Of a stretch of DNA of 64,000 bases, positions 27,251-36,980 are shown in pieces. Positions within the stretch are counted from its first letter, which is position 1. Every line of letters begins with the position of its first letter. Source of the stretch: a virus. A model generated the notes under the pieces. That model was not told the origin of the DNA. It was given only the letters and a program-made list of their open reading frames with translations, and searched no databases. The stretch lies in UHGV virus genome UHGV-1359874, one strand, 5' to 3'. Made by a program: the position numbers and the translations under genes.

Positions 27251-28951
27251 TCATTTAATAATGAACCAAATACCGCCATTATGCAATTTTTTAGCTTGCG
27301 CTTGACCTTCAGAATCATCTTTAGCAACTACTACAACATCTGCTGGTAATAAATCAGAAGAACCGCCACTACTCTCTGCGGAAATATTTCCTAAATAATA
27401 CCATCCATCAAATCCCGCGGAAGTAGTTTTGTTCGCTGTGCCATAGCTAAAAGCATAAACACTTTTTGGTCTAGAAGGACTTCCTACTGTAACAACTTTT
27501 CCTTCTAAATATTGTCCTGTTAAGCCTCTTGGATAATTACTATTTAAATAACTGATTGCTTTATCTCTATCTGTTAAAGTTGAATATTCAGATTTATCAG
27601 TATCTAAATTCAAGCCAATTAAAAGACCACTGTCACTTTTAATAGCTCCCATATCATACCAGTCAGAACGATTCTCCCAAGTAGCTTTCTCTTGGCTATT
27701 CAAAGCTGCTCGTTTCGCAGGGTCGCTATAAAGAGCTAATAAATGAAATCTGTCATCTAAAGCCATCTTCATAATATAATTAAGTGGCTGACCTATTTCT
27801 GAATTAGTCCCATCATTATATGTTACTTTAACTTTTTGATTGCCTTCTCCTTCGGTAGAACCCGTATTAATGACTACATCTTTTATAAATTTTATTTTTT
27901 GAGAAAAAGTACTCGTTGTTCCATTATTATATTTTACTGTAACTGTTCCATCTGTTCCAGAATCTATAGAAGTAACCCATTTGATTTTTTTACTAAAAGA
28001 AGTAGAATCATTGTGGGTAAAACTAAAAGTTAAAGTTCCATCATCAGTCATGGAAACATTAGAAATTTCATTATAGTCTCCTGCATAATAAAGCTTTTTA
28101 GAACCTGACTCTGAACCATCATAATTCCACTGTTCATATACTAACACTTGACGCTTTTTAGCTATATCATCATCTTGTCCAGTATATGTTTCAATAGTAT
28201 TATCCGCAGTCATTATTTTAAGGTTCTTAAAGCAATCTCCTTTAACACCTTTTGGAATCCCCACATTCCATTTATTATAAAATGGATGATTTGTAGTTGA
28301 ACTATTTTGACTAATAGTCGGTTGCTTATATGCGCTAATACTAGTTGCTGCAAATTCATTTACTAAATAAGGAACTTTGAAACCCATATAAACAGTTGTT
28401 TCAGCCCCATTTTCAGTAATGACATTGCAGGAATTATAGATTATTTTATCAGTAATTTTTCCAGAAGAATCTTTTCCTGGAATTAAATCTATATTAGCAG
28501 TTAATTCACCCGTAGAATACTTTGCGTTATCTCCGCCATTTTGACCAAGATTAGCCACATTCGCATAAGAATCCAGTTTCATTTGCGGAGCGCCGCCTTT
28601 CGGACCAGCAATTTGGCCTATATATTGCGCACCACCTAGTTCATCTGTAATATTATATCCACGTCTGAAAATTTTACCATTATTATCATCATTTTTATTA
28701 AATGAATCTATGATAACATATTCATCATAACTTACATCAGTATAGCTACCACCCTGAGAAAAAGCATCTTTCATGCAAAATTGTTTTATCCAGCTATCAA
28801 TAGTAATTCCTTTATCATTGGCGTCTGGCTTAACGAATTTTTCTTTTTCTTCTTTACTTAAATAAGTTTCTTCAGAACTAATATAACGAAAGCGGTTTAC
28901 AATAATAAAGGGCGTACCTTGACGACCGCCATAAAAGCTATTATTATTCAT
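27251..28951 (-). CDS. putative virion (tail-tip/baseplate-like) structural protein
   Basis: 566 aa, Ser/Thr/Gly-rich beta-type composition. The assignment comes from its position in the operon. Confidence 0.4.
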   Translation of the reverse strand: MNNNSFYGGRQGTPFIIVNRFRYISSEETYLSKEEKEKFVKPDANDKGITIDSWIKQFCMKDAFSQGGSYTDVSYDEYVIIDSFNKNDDNNGKIFRRGYNITDELGGAQYIGQIAGPKGGAPQMKLDSYANVANLGQNGGDNAKYSTGELTANIDLIPGKDSSGKITDKIIYNSCNVITENGAETTVYMGFKVPYLVNEFAATSISAYKQPTISQNSSTTNHPFYNKWNVGIPKGVKGDCFKNLKIMTADNTIETYTGQDDDIAKKRQVLVYEQWNYDGSESGSKKLYYAGDYNEISNVSMTDDGTLTFSFTHNDSTSFSKKIKWVTSIDSGTDGTVTVKYNNGTTSTFSQKIKFIKDVVINTGSTEGEGNQKVKVTYNDGTNSEIGQPLNYIMKMALDDRFHLLALYSDPAKRAALNSQEKATWENRSDWYDMGAIKSDSGLLIGLNLDTDKSEYSTLTDRDKAISYLNSNYPRGLTGQYLEGKVVTVGSPSRPKSVYAFSYGTANKTTSAGFDGWYYLGNISAESSGGSSDLLPADVVVVAKDDSEGQAQAKKLHNGGIWFIIK

Positions 28952-28968
28952 TAACTAACCCCCTTTTG

Positions 28969-29649
28969 TTAATATTGATAATCTATAATAAAACTATTTC
29001 CTTCTTGTAAAGCAAGAGCTATTGAAGTAATAGCTACATCATCAAAAATTAATTCATATATTCCAGTACGTCCAATATGAATTTCTTCACCATTAATACA
29101 CATAATTAGACCAGGAACACTCTGTATTGCAAATTTAGTTAATTTAAATACTCCTATTGAATTTAATACCTCTTTTAATTCCTGGAATGTATTCACCTTT
29201 ACATTCAGAATTCTTCCACCAGTAGAGCTACTATAATCAATAGTAATTCGTTTTAAAGTAAAAACTAACATATTATAAGAAGAATCTGGTGAAATCAATA
29301 AATCAAAATAATAAGTTTTACCAGTATTTGCAGGTACAGTAAATTCTTGTAATTTTTGTCTATTATCTAAATCTTTATCACTAGCATTTTGTAAATAAGC
29401 AGTAAAAGTTTGTTCATAATTATTAGAATCAATAGAAAACCGCAAATAAAAATGTTTAGAAAATTCATAAGTTTCTTCATTTGGCAAGGTAATTGCAATA
29501 TCCGTAAAATTACCCACAGATGTGTTTTCTATTGAATCAATTTGTTTAGTCTGATAACCAACAATATTTTTATAATATTTTGGTTCAGATTGTCCATTAG
29601 AATCAGTTATGTCAGAGAAACTCCCTCTAAACTGTCCAAGATTAAACAT
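28969..29649 (-). CDS. putative structural protein with shared NG..h.hG..G.YEh motif
   Basis: Its C-terminus has INGEEIHIGRTGIYELI. Confidence 0.4.
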   Translation of the reverse strand: MFNLGQFRGSFSDITDSNGQSEPKYYKNIVGYQTKQIDSIENTSVGNFTDIAITLPNEETYEFSKHFYLRFSIDSNNYEQTFTAYLQNASDKDLDNRQKLQEFTVPANTGKTYYFDLLISPDSSYNMLVFTLKRITIDYSSSTGGRILNVKVNTFQELKEVLNSIGVFKLTKFAIQSVPGLIMCINGEEIHIGRTGIYELIFDDVAITSIALALQEGNSFIIDYQY

Positions 29650-29671
29650 TAACTCCTTGTACCTCCTTTTA

Positions 29672-31870
29672 TTAGAACTTCTCTAATGCTTTTGTTGCAG
29701 AAATTGTCATTGTACTACCTATATCAAGAGGAATAGAAATAGTTCTAATCATATAATCTCCTGAAATATTACTTTTAAGATCTTTTACTCCAATTCGAGT
29801 ATTTACATCTAAATAATATATAGGAATACATTGTAATGAAATGCTTTCATTATAACTAGTATATTGATACAATAAATCTCTTACAGCATCATATGCGGCG
29901 TACTTATTCCCGCCACCAGCGAGCATTGTATAAATATTAGGATCAACTTGAGTAAAATTTTGACCTCTATCTTGAGCTTCCTGAACACGTTCATGGGTAT
30001 CATCTTGACTAGATTCAATAATAATCCAGTTAGGAATGTCAGGCGCAAATAGACAATTAACGGAATCATCATTCAATACTTTAGTGCGGCGACCAATATT
30101 ATTAATACTAAATTCACTTATTGCCGCACTAGTGTCAATAAAATCTAAAAAGAAATCGCAGTCACTTGGAGTATTTCTTACTTCATCATAAAAATCTTCT
30201 GTATAATAAGTCTCCATAGTATTATCTATAGGATTCCGTCGATGCTTTTCAGTCTCGCCCCAAATATCATACAACTTTGGCCATTCATTTTGAAGTTCAG
30301 TGTAATAATAATTACTATCAATACCCCAAGGTTCAGTGTCCACGCCTTGGAGATAAAGCTCAGTACGCCAGTCTTTAGAAGTAATAGTCTCAAGTGTTCC
30401 GCCTAAAATCTCAACATATTTCTTTTCTGACGCATCCCAACGATACACCGTACCACCACTTTGTACTTTGACATCTTCTTTTCTATCATCATAGACCTGA
30501 TGAGAATCTGTATCAGAACTAGTATATACATCAGCAAGCTTCTTCACAGAATAAAAAACACCTACCTGACCTTCTGCGGGTAAGTCCTCGAAAGATTCAA
30601 AATTCATTGTAGCTTTAGCTTTTGTTAATCCAGTTTCTGGCTCAAGATACTTAAACACTAAATGCTTTTTATTAATCTCAGGTTTTTCATCAATAGCCAG
30701 ATGATAACGGATAGGCCAGGTATGGTCATTTGCATCTTTCCGCTGACCCCATACAATAAAATCATTCTTTATCATATTGAATTGCGGATTATTGCTATAA
30801 GCAGTAATTAAAGTGCTATCATCAAAATTATAAACAGTTTTACCATACTGTTGGTCAACAAGATAATCACTATTATTTAATTTATCTATTTCTACGGTGC
30901 TTTGACTAGTATTTAAATAATTTTTAATTTCCTGAAAAACAAAATTGCCTTCAAGATCATAAAAATATTCATAATTACCAAGTGCATTTTTTATTGCCTC
31001 AAGAACGTCACAAACAGTTCCGCCAGCATTAACTACTAGGTCGCCACCAGTATAGTAAAAGTCTGAGTAAATATATCCTATATCTCTACCATTTTCATAT
31101 TTAATATATCCAGTTCCGCCATTTGCAACTATCTCGGAATTATTTGTCTCATAATAACCTGCGGCAATCAATTTTTCTACTTTGTTTTCATCAGTAGTAA
31201 ATTCAATACCATTATTTTCATTATAGCAATAGAGTGGAACATTCCCAATCCACTTCATTACTTTCTTAACTCTTGTATCTAAATCACTAATAATAATTTT
31301 ACCTAATTGCTCGCCGCCCCAATGATTAACTGCTTCTTGAATGATTTGATACATTGTCGGATAAGTAATAATAGTATTTCCATTTCCATCAATAGTTTCA
31401 ATTTCATTAAAAGTAACAGATGCTGGTAATGTACCTCCACACTCACCATTTAATAAGCACATTTTATCTTTTAGTTGTAAAGAAATTGTGATTCCACCTG
31501 ATGTGTGAGAAATACTTGGCTGTATAATTACATAAACACCCATTGGAAACCATAGCTGTTCATACTCTAGATATTTATCTGTTATATTATCAATACCAAT
31601 AGCAACTGAAACTTTTTTATTGATAGACAATAAATGATTTGGATTAGTTACATTATTCTCAGTGTCTGGAAGAAATAGTGAAAGATTTGCAGTGCGGCGT
31701 ATGGCGGATGATCCGTCTATATTGATTGAACCACCTGTTGCCTTACCAGTAATATCCTGGAGAGGATTCTCATTCCAATCCAGGACTGTAATCTTTATAT
31801 ACTGGGTTTTGAGAGTTGTAAGGTCTAACTCTTTAAGAAATTCTCTATCATTTAGATATTCTTGTTTCAT
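29672..31870 (-). CDS. putative tail-tip protein (Tal-like N-terminal region?)
   Basis: The N-terminal segment YIKITVLDWNENPL...GSSAIRRTANLSLFL loosely resembles the conserved N-terminal fold of siphovirus Tal proteins. ATGA overlap with the upstream gene. Confidence 0.4.
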   Translation of the reverse strand: MKQEYLNDREFLKELDLTTLKTQYIKITVLDWNENPLQDITGKATGGSINIDGSSAIRRTANLSLFLPDTENNVTNPNHLLSINKKVSVAIGIDNITDKYLEYEQLWFPMGVYVIIQPSISHTSGGITISLQLKDKMCLLNGECGGTLPASVTFNEIETIDGNGNTIITYPTMYQIIQEAVNHWGGEQLGKIIISDLDTRVKKVMKWIGNVPLYCYNENNGIEFTTDENKVEKLIAAGYYETNNSEIVANGGTGYIKYENGRDIGYIYSDFYYTGGDLVVNAGGTVCDVLEAIKNALGNYEYFYDLEGNFVFQEIKNYLNTSQSTVEIDKLNNSDYLVDQQYGKTVYNFDDSTLITAYSNNPQFNMIKNDFIVWGQRKDANDHTWPIRYHLAIDEKPEINKKHLVFKYLEPETGLTKAKATMNFESFEDLPAEGQVGVFYSVKKLADVYTSSDTDSHQVYDDRKEDVKVQSGGTVYRWDASEKKYVEILGGTLETITSKDWRTELYLQGVDTEPWGIDSNYYYTELQNEWPKLYDIWGETEKHRRNPIDNTMETYYTEDFYDEVRNTPSDCDFFLDFIDTSAAISEFSINNIGRRTKVLNDDSVNCLFAPDIPNWIIIESSQDDTHERVQEAQDRGQNFTQVDPNIYTMLAGGGNKYAAYDAVRDLLYQYTSYNESISLQCIPIYYLDVNTRIGVKDLKSNISGDYMIRTISIPLDIGSTMTISATKALEKF

Positions 31871-34605
31871 GAAGCAGACACTCCTTCAACTACCTCAATT
31901 AAATAATCAATAATTACGTCAACAGAGCATATTACTGAACCGTTGTCATATGGACACCAAAAACCTTGATAATAAATATATTCATTTGCCGCGGTTGTCT
32001 CAGTATCTTGTATAGTGTAAATACCATTAACCACAAGATTTTGTGCCGATGCTGCTTCTTTTAAATTAGCAAAACTTTTACCAGTTCTAATTGCGGTGTT
32101 AGCTTTTGCAGCCTCACGATTCGTCCCATTCACTTCATAAAGCTGGACCCCGCAAAAATATAAATCAGTAATGATCTCATCTTCTTCATAGAGAGTTAAA
32201 GTTTCACTTGCATCTACTACGAATTTTCTTAACTCATTTGAGCCGGTCATCTTCGCATAAAATACCGTTCCTGGATTAGCTTCAATTCGCATTCCATTAA
32301 TTGAAATTAGTTTTTGATATGAAGTTGACTTTTGCTTATAATACTTATTCCAAATTTTATCAAAAATAGATTCTTTATAGTTAAAATTACTAACAATTTG
32401 ACCAATTTTGTTAGAATAAAAAATCATATCAGATTTATATTCCATATTTTGTAATAGATCAATCGTATAATCAATTATTCCTTCCTGTTCAACAGGAAAA
32501 TATATAGAAGTAATTTCTGTATCGTCTTCTAGTAAATCATAAACTCCCCGTTTATTGATATAAATAGGAGTTCCATTTAAATAGACAATATAACCAACTA
32601 AAATATTGGTTTCATTATCAGGGTTGCCGTCTACATAAATTAAATCATTACCTTGAATTTTAATTAAATAAGGATTTCCATATAATTCAATATGCAGTTT
32701 AGTAATTTTATTTACGGTCATTGAAATATTATCTTGTGTAATATAATTATGCTTTTCTGCTAAAGTTTCAGAAAAAATATCCACATTTTTTTTGAATGGA
32801 CCTCTAACTTGACCTAATAAATGAGAACTTTGTTGTTGAGATGGAGAATCTTCTTCTAAACCAATTAGTCCACCAGCAATATTATATTTAATTAAATTAA
32901 TATTTGTATAATCAGCAACTTCATAAGCTGTCGCGCTAAATGAATAAATCATTCTACCTAGAGTTTCTTCTGGTGTAAAATTAATATCCATTAACCGCAC
33001 TAATATATTTCCTTCAGTAGTTGTCCGCAATAATTTAACAGAATCTTCATATAAGAAATTTGCAACAACTTCTCTGAATTCACGTTCATAGATATAATCA
33101 TTATATTCATTAATATTATTTTCTTGATTATATTTTTCATAAAGTGCAGCAATAGAACTACTACCATATAATTCTTCAATTTTAGCAAAAGAAGTTTTTT
33201 CTTTTTGATTATCTTCTTTACTGATGGAATCTTCTACTGAATCTCCACCTGTATAAAATAAATCATTGTGAATTGTTATCATTCCAGAAATTGAAAATTG
33301 ACGATATTCCATAGCTCCATTTCTTTTAATAAAAGGGTATTTAGAACCAATAGTATCAATTTTAGCTTCAGATAAATTTTTCTTATATGAAGTAATTTTT
33401 GGATTATAACGAATTCGTAATTGCTTTTGATTAGCACAAAGATACATATCATCAAATATAAGCATAATAGGTTGAGCATCAGCTTTATCATTTTTTCTGT
33501 CCATTGCCATGACAACTGGTGATCGCATATATTCTCCGACTAATCTTTGTACACAATATTTATACCAAATACCTGATTCTATTGTATAATCTTCTATTTT
33601 CATTTCTTTAACTTTTGTCTCAGGAATTTTAAAAATATCTTCCCAAATAACAAAATTCGTTTTACTAGAAGCTCTCCTAAATACAATATAAGAATCATCT
33701 AAATTAGATCCACTTAATTCTGGGAAAAAATCAAGAGTAATAGTTCCCATTTCAGAATTTTTATCAACATAAAATTTGCACCCTAATTGAGGAGCAGTTT
33801 TCTGTTGAACACGAAAACTATACTCTTCATGTCCATTATATAAATTATTTGTTATATAATCAACTGTTAATTTATAAGAATATCCATCTATCAACAAATA
33901 TTCAAAAGTATAATTAATTTCATTTATACCATGATAAGTGTCACAATATAAATCTCCACTATCAGCTACTTTATTATTTTTTGTATCATATAATTGAACT
34001 TGATATTTTTTGATAACTTCTTTTTCTTGCGGGTCTGCAAAAGAAAGATTTCCAATTACAGTTAAAACATCTTGTTCAAGAGTTAATTCCCCTTCGCTAC
34101 TTTGACTTGCAGAAAAACCTTTTAAAGTGATAGTAGGTTGACTAATTCCATGAAGGAGTGTAACAGTAGACCATTCAGAAAAATGACTTATATTTACTGC
34201 TAACCATGAATCAATTTTTTGACTAATTTTTCCTTCTGAATCTCTTGGCGGTGCAATAGAACTAAATCTTATTTGCACTTTATAATATTGATTGACAGCA
34301 AAACCGCCTTCAATATCTGTATTTGCAATTTCAATATAATATTTATCATCAGAAGTTCTAGAACTATCCGTTAATATTCCACTATTTGCATATACTTTAA
34401 AACCAGTAGGATAAAGAGACTTCTTTAAAACAGTAGCATTAGTTCGTTGATTTGTTATTGAAATCTGAACCGCCATAATGTTTTCTTTAGAGTTAAAAGC
34501 AGATATTGAAAAATATACTTTAGCTTTATAACTAGAAGTCATAGCAAAAGTGGGCTGATAGGTAGACACTATTGGTGGGTACAATGTACTTAATATATCT
34601 GCCAT
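31867..34605 (-). CDS. large putative structural protein with shared NG..h.hG..G.YEh motif
   Basis: 912 aa. Near the C-terminus LNGTPIYINKRGVYDLL. It is the first gene after the 34655-34699 terminator. Confidence 0.4.
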   Translation of the reverse strand: MADILSTLYPPIVSTYQPTFAMTSSYKAKVYFSISAFNSKENIMAVQISITNQRTNATVLKKSLYPTGFKVYANSGILTDSSRTSDDKYYIEIANTDIEGGFAVNQYYKVQIRFSSIAPPRDSEGKISQKIDSWLAVNISHFSEWSTVTLLHGISQPTITLKGFSASQSSEGELTLEQDVLTVIGNLSFADPQEKEVIKKYQVQLYDTKNNKVADSGDLYCDTYHGINEINYTFEYLLIDGYSYKLTVDYITNNLYNGHEEYSFRVQQKTAPQLGCKFYVDKNSEMGTITLDFFPELSGSNLDDSYIVFRRASSKTNFVIWEDIFKIPETKVKEMKIEDYTIESGIWYKYCVQRLVGEYMRSPVVMAMDRKNDKADAQPIMLIFDDMYLCANQKQLRIRYNPKITSYKKNLSEAKIDTIGSKYPFIKRNGAMEYRQFSISGMITIHNDLFYTGGDSVEDSISKEDNQKEKTSFAKIEELYGSSSIAALYEKYNQENNINEYNDYIYEREFREVVANFLYEDSVKLLRTTTEGNILVRLMDINFTPEETLGRMIYSFSATAYEVADYTNINLIKYNIAGGLIGLEEDSPSQQQSSHLLGQVRGPFKKNVDIFSETLAEKHNYITQDNISMTVNKITKLHIELYGNPYLIKIQGNDLIYVDGNPDNETNILVGYIVYLNGTPIYINKRGVYDLLEDDTEITSIYFPVEQEGIIDYTIDLLQNMEYKSDMIFYSNKIGQIVSNFNYKESIFDKIWNKYYKQKSTSYQKLISINGMRIEANPGTVFYAKMTGSNELRKFVVDASETLTLYEEDEIITDLYFCGVQLYEVNGTNREAAKANTAIRTGKSFANLKEAASAQNLVVNGIYTIQDTETTAANEYIYYQGFWCPYDNGSVICSVDVIIDYLIEVVEGVSAS

Positions 34606-34654
34606 ATCTAAACTCCTTTTCTCTCTTATTTACTACTTTTATATAAAAAACCTT

Positions 34655-34699
34655 AAAAAAAAATGGTCTTACTTAGACCAGAGAATCTAAGTAAGACCA
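34655..34699 (-). terminator. rho-independent terminator after lysin gene
   Basis: 13-bp stem tggtcttacttag / ctaagtaagacca, then a T9 run on the minus strand. Confidence 0.65.
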
Positions 34700-34718
34700 A
34701 ATAAATTTTATTTATTAA

Positions 34719-35483
34719 TTACACGCGAGTAGTGTAAGCAAGGGAAATCCAACCTGCACCGGATTTAAGCTTACCCCAAAGGGTTGAACCATTTCTATAT
34801 TCACCAACAATGGTATATACATCGCCTTTTTTAACAGTAGTACTAATTGCACTAGAAGCACTATGATCTCTGCGAACATTTAAGGTTGAAGCCTTAATCC
34901 GAACCAAATAATGAACTGGGGTAATACCATCATTAGAACCTGCTGAAGGAGCTGAATAAGATGGAGTTTCCGCAACAGTTTGACCAGTAATACCTTTAAC
35001 AATAGCATTAGCCATCTTTTCAGCATTATAACGATTAGCATCCTGCTGACTATCTACGAAGCAGCATTCAACGAGCATCGCAGGTGAATTAGTATGTTTC
35101 AGCACATATAAACCCTTACTATATTTAACACCGCGATTTCTGAAGCCAAGTTCTGCAATCGCGGCTACAGTTCTCTGAGCATAAGACTTTGCGGATGATC
35201 CAGCCGAATATATCCAGACCTCAGTACCAGTACCGCCACCCGCATTAAAGTGAATTGACACATCGAGGTCAACTTTATGGGCATTACACTTAGCCACAAT
35301 ATTACGGAGATTCCGAGACTGATTAGCACCGACGTCATCAGTGCAATCATATACTGTATGACCCAAAGCCTCCAATTTAGAAATAACCAGGTTCTTTACC
35401 TTTCGATCTTCAGTTAATTCTGACAAATAGCCAGAAGCTCCACTTGAATGAGAACAGTGACCACCATGCACATTAATTTTCAT
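34719..35483 (-). CDS. N-acetylmuramoyl-L-alanine amidase (Amidase_3) with C-terminal SH3b-like domain; probable endolysin
   Basis: INVHGGH...GASGYLSE...HFNAGGGTG...GFRNRGVK...AMLVECCFVDS matches the Amidase_3 pattern. The C-terminal ~70 aa (YTIVGEY...WGKLKSGAGWISLAY) is SH3b-like. Confidence 0.8.
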   Translation of the reverse strand: MKINVHGGHCSHSSGASGYLSELTEDRKVKNLVISKLEALGHTVYDCTDDVGANQSRNLRNIVAKCNAHKVDLDVSIHFNAGGGTGTEVWIYSAGSSAKSYAQRTVAAIAELGFRNRGVKYSKGLYVLKHTNSPAMLVECCFVDSQQDANRYNAEKMANAIVKGITGQTVAETPSYSAPSAGSNDGITPVHYLVRIKASTLNVRRDHSASSAISTTVKKGDVYTIVGEYRNGSTLWGKLKSGAGWISLAYTTRV

Positions 35484-35553
35484 ATAAAGTACCTCTTTCC
35501 TTTTATATCAAAAAATATAAAATTAAATAATATAAATATTATTAAATTTATAT

Positions 35554-35919
35554 TTAACTTAAAGCAGCAACTTTTTCTTGCAATTCATTAATTTGTTGCC
35601 GCCATTCAACTCTTTCTTTTAAAATATCTGAATATTCTTCTTTTGTAGCTACTCCTTCAGAAATTTTAATAACAGCATAATCTGTATCAGACAATTTCTG
35701 CTTTAATTCTTCAATTTGCTGGTGAATTTTTCCTTCTTCTGGTATGGGAATATAATAATAAACTTCTTCGTAATCATCATCATCCCACATAAACTTAGTA
35801 ACGTTATCTATTGGTGTAGCATTTTCTTTTATTGCTGTGCCTTCTGTAAGAAATCCTTTATTTAAATCAGGATTTTCTATACTTTGCATATTTAAATCTA
35901 CTATTCTTTTAGTGCTCAT
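35554..35919 (-). CDS. hypothetical coiled-coil protein (fiber assembly/accessory?)
   Basis: 121 aa, acidic, no transmembrane segment. Confidence 0.35.
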   Translation of the reverse strand: MSTKRIVDLNMQSIENPDLNKGFLTEGTAIKENATPIDNVTKFMWDDDDYEEVYYYIPIPEEGKIHQQIEELKQKLSDTDYAVIKISEGVATKEEYSDILKERVEWRQQINELQEKVAALS

Positions 35920-36905
35920 GATAATACTCCCATCACAATCATATTAATTTTTGAAGGACACCAAGTAGAAGACGGAGTTACTAAATCATAGGTGCCAGTT
36001 TGTTTAGTAGTTGGTTTCGCAGAACCTGGAACAACCCAATAATTAATAGGAGAATCACTAGCCGTAGGACTTCCTACAACAATTTCTATTGGAACTGAAG
36101 CAAAAGTAAAAGGATATGCAAAAGGACCTATTGAATCAGAACTCGCTGTTTTATACATATGACCAAAAGAAGTATTCGTATGTTTGCCTCCATAAGTATC
36201 TGATCTAAATAGAATAACTCTCTTATCATCAGTAAATTTATAAACATACCAGTTATTAGAAAATAACCACTGTCCTAAAGAAACCTCTTGAGTATTTAAT
36301 ATGAATTTTCCATTAAAATAGCCTATAAGATGACCGGTTAATTGAGAATCCCAAATACCCCTATTACCATTTGTACGATTACCATAAAGATAAATATTGT
36401 GGGTTTTACTATTGTAGTCATAACGAACACCAACGTCTGCTTCTCCATCGGTTGTTTTTTTATTCTTATCATAAGCCCAAAATCCAGTGTCTGCAAAAGC
36501 TAAACCTGCAACATCTAAATTAGTTGTTTTACTTGTTCCGCCAGTAATATTTAAGGCTCCTGTTAAAGTTCCACCGCTTAAATTGAGTTTTTTATCCAAT
36601 TCACCTTTAATAATCTTGTTTTGCACAGGATTTGTGCTAGAAGTACTTAAACTAGAATCAACAGTAGTAACAGTATCAGTAAACTTAGCGTTAGCAGGAA
36701 CATCTGAATTAACAGTATGATTATTAACTTTTGTTGCATTTCCAACGGTTTGTGTTCCACTGATAATATTTTTTATAACTGTATCAACATTAGAAGCCGT
36801 TCCATTAACTGTTATATCAACATTAGAAGCATCAGCTCCTATTGGACACTCATTACCAAAATCGGCACCCTGCATAACTTTAAGACCCATAATTTTGTCT
36901 GCCAC
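35916..36905 (-). CDS. putative tail fiber / receptor-binding protein
   Basis: Thr/Ser/Asn/Gly-rich beta composition and its position after the repeat-containing fiber protein. Confidence 0.45.
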   Translation of the reverse strand: MADKIMGLKVMQGADFGNECPIGADASNVDITVNGTASNVDTVIKNIISGTQTVGNATKVNNHTVNSDVPANAKFTDTVTTVDSSLSTSSTNPVQNKIIKGELDKKLNLSGGTLTGALNITGGTSKTTNLDVAGLAFADTGFWAYDKNKKTTDGEADVGVRYDYNSKTHNIYLYGNRTNGNRGIWDSQLTGHLIGYFNGKFILNTQEVSLGQWLFSNNWYVYKFTDDKRVILFRSDTYGGKHTNTSFGHMYKTASSDSIGPFAYPFTFASVPIEIVVGSPTASDSPINYWVVPGSAKPTTKQTGTYDLVTPSSTWCPSKINMIVMGVLS

Positions 36906-36980
36906 TAAAAACTCACCTTCCTTATTATTAACTATATTTTTAACAATAATAGTTCATATTTTAACTATAAATATTTTATA

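Noticed and set aside
29672-34605. Reading the 912-aa and 732-aa proteins as a displaced Dit-Tal pair
   Set aside because: Only weak N-terminal resemblance to Tal was seen. The pair is separated from the TMP by fiber genes, a lysin and two terminators, which is atypical for siphoviruses. They are left as putative structural proteins.
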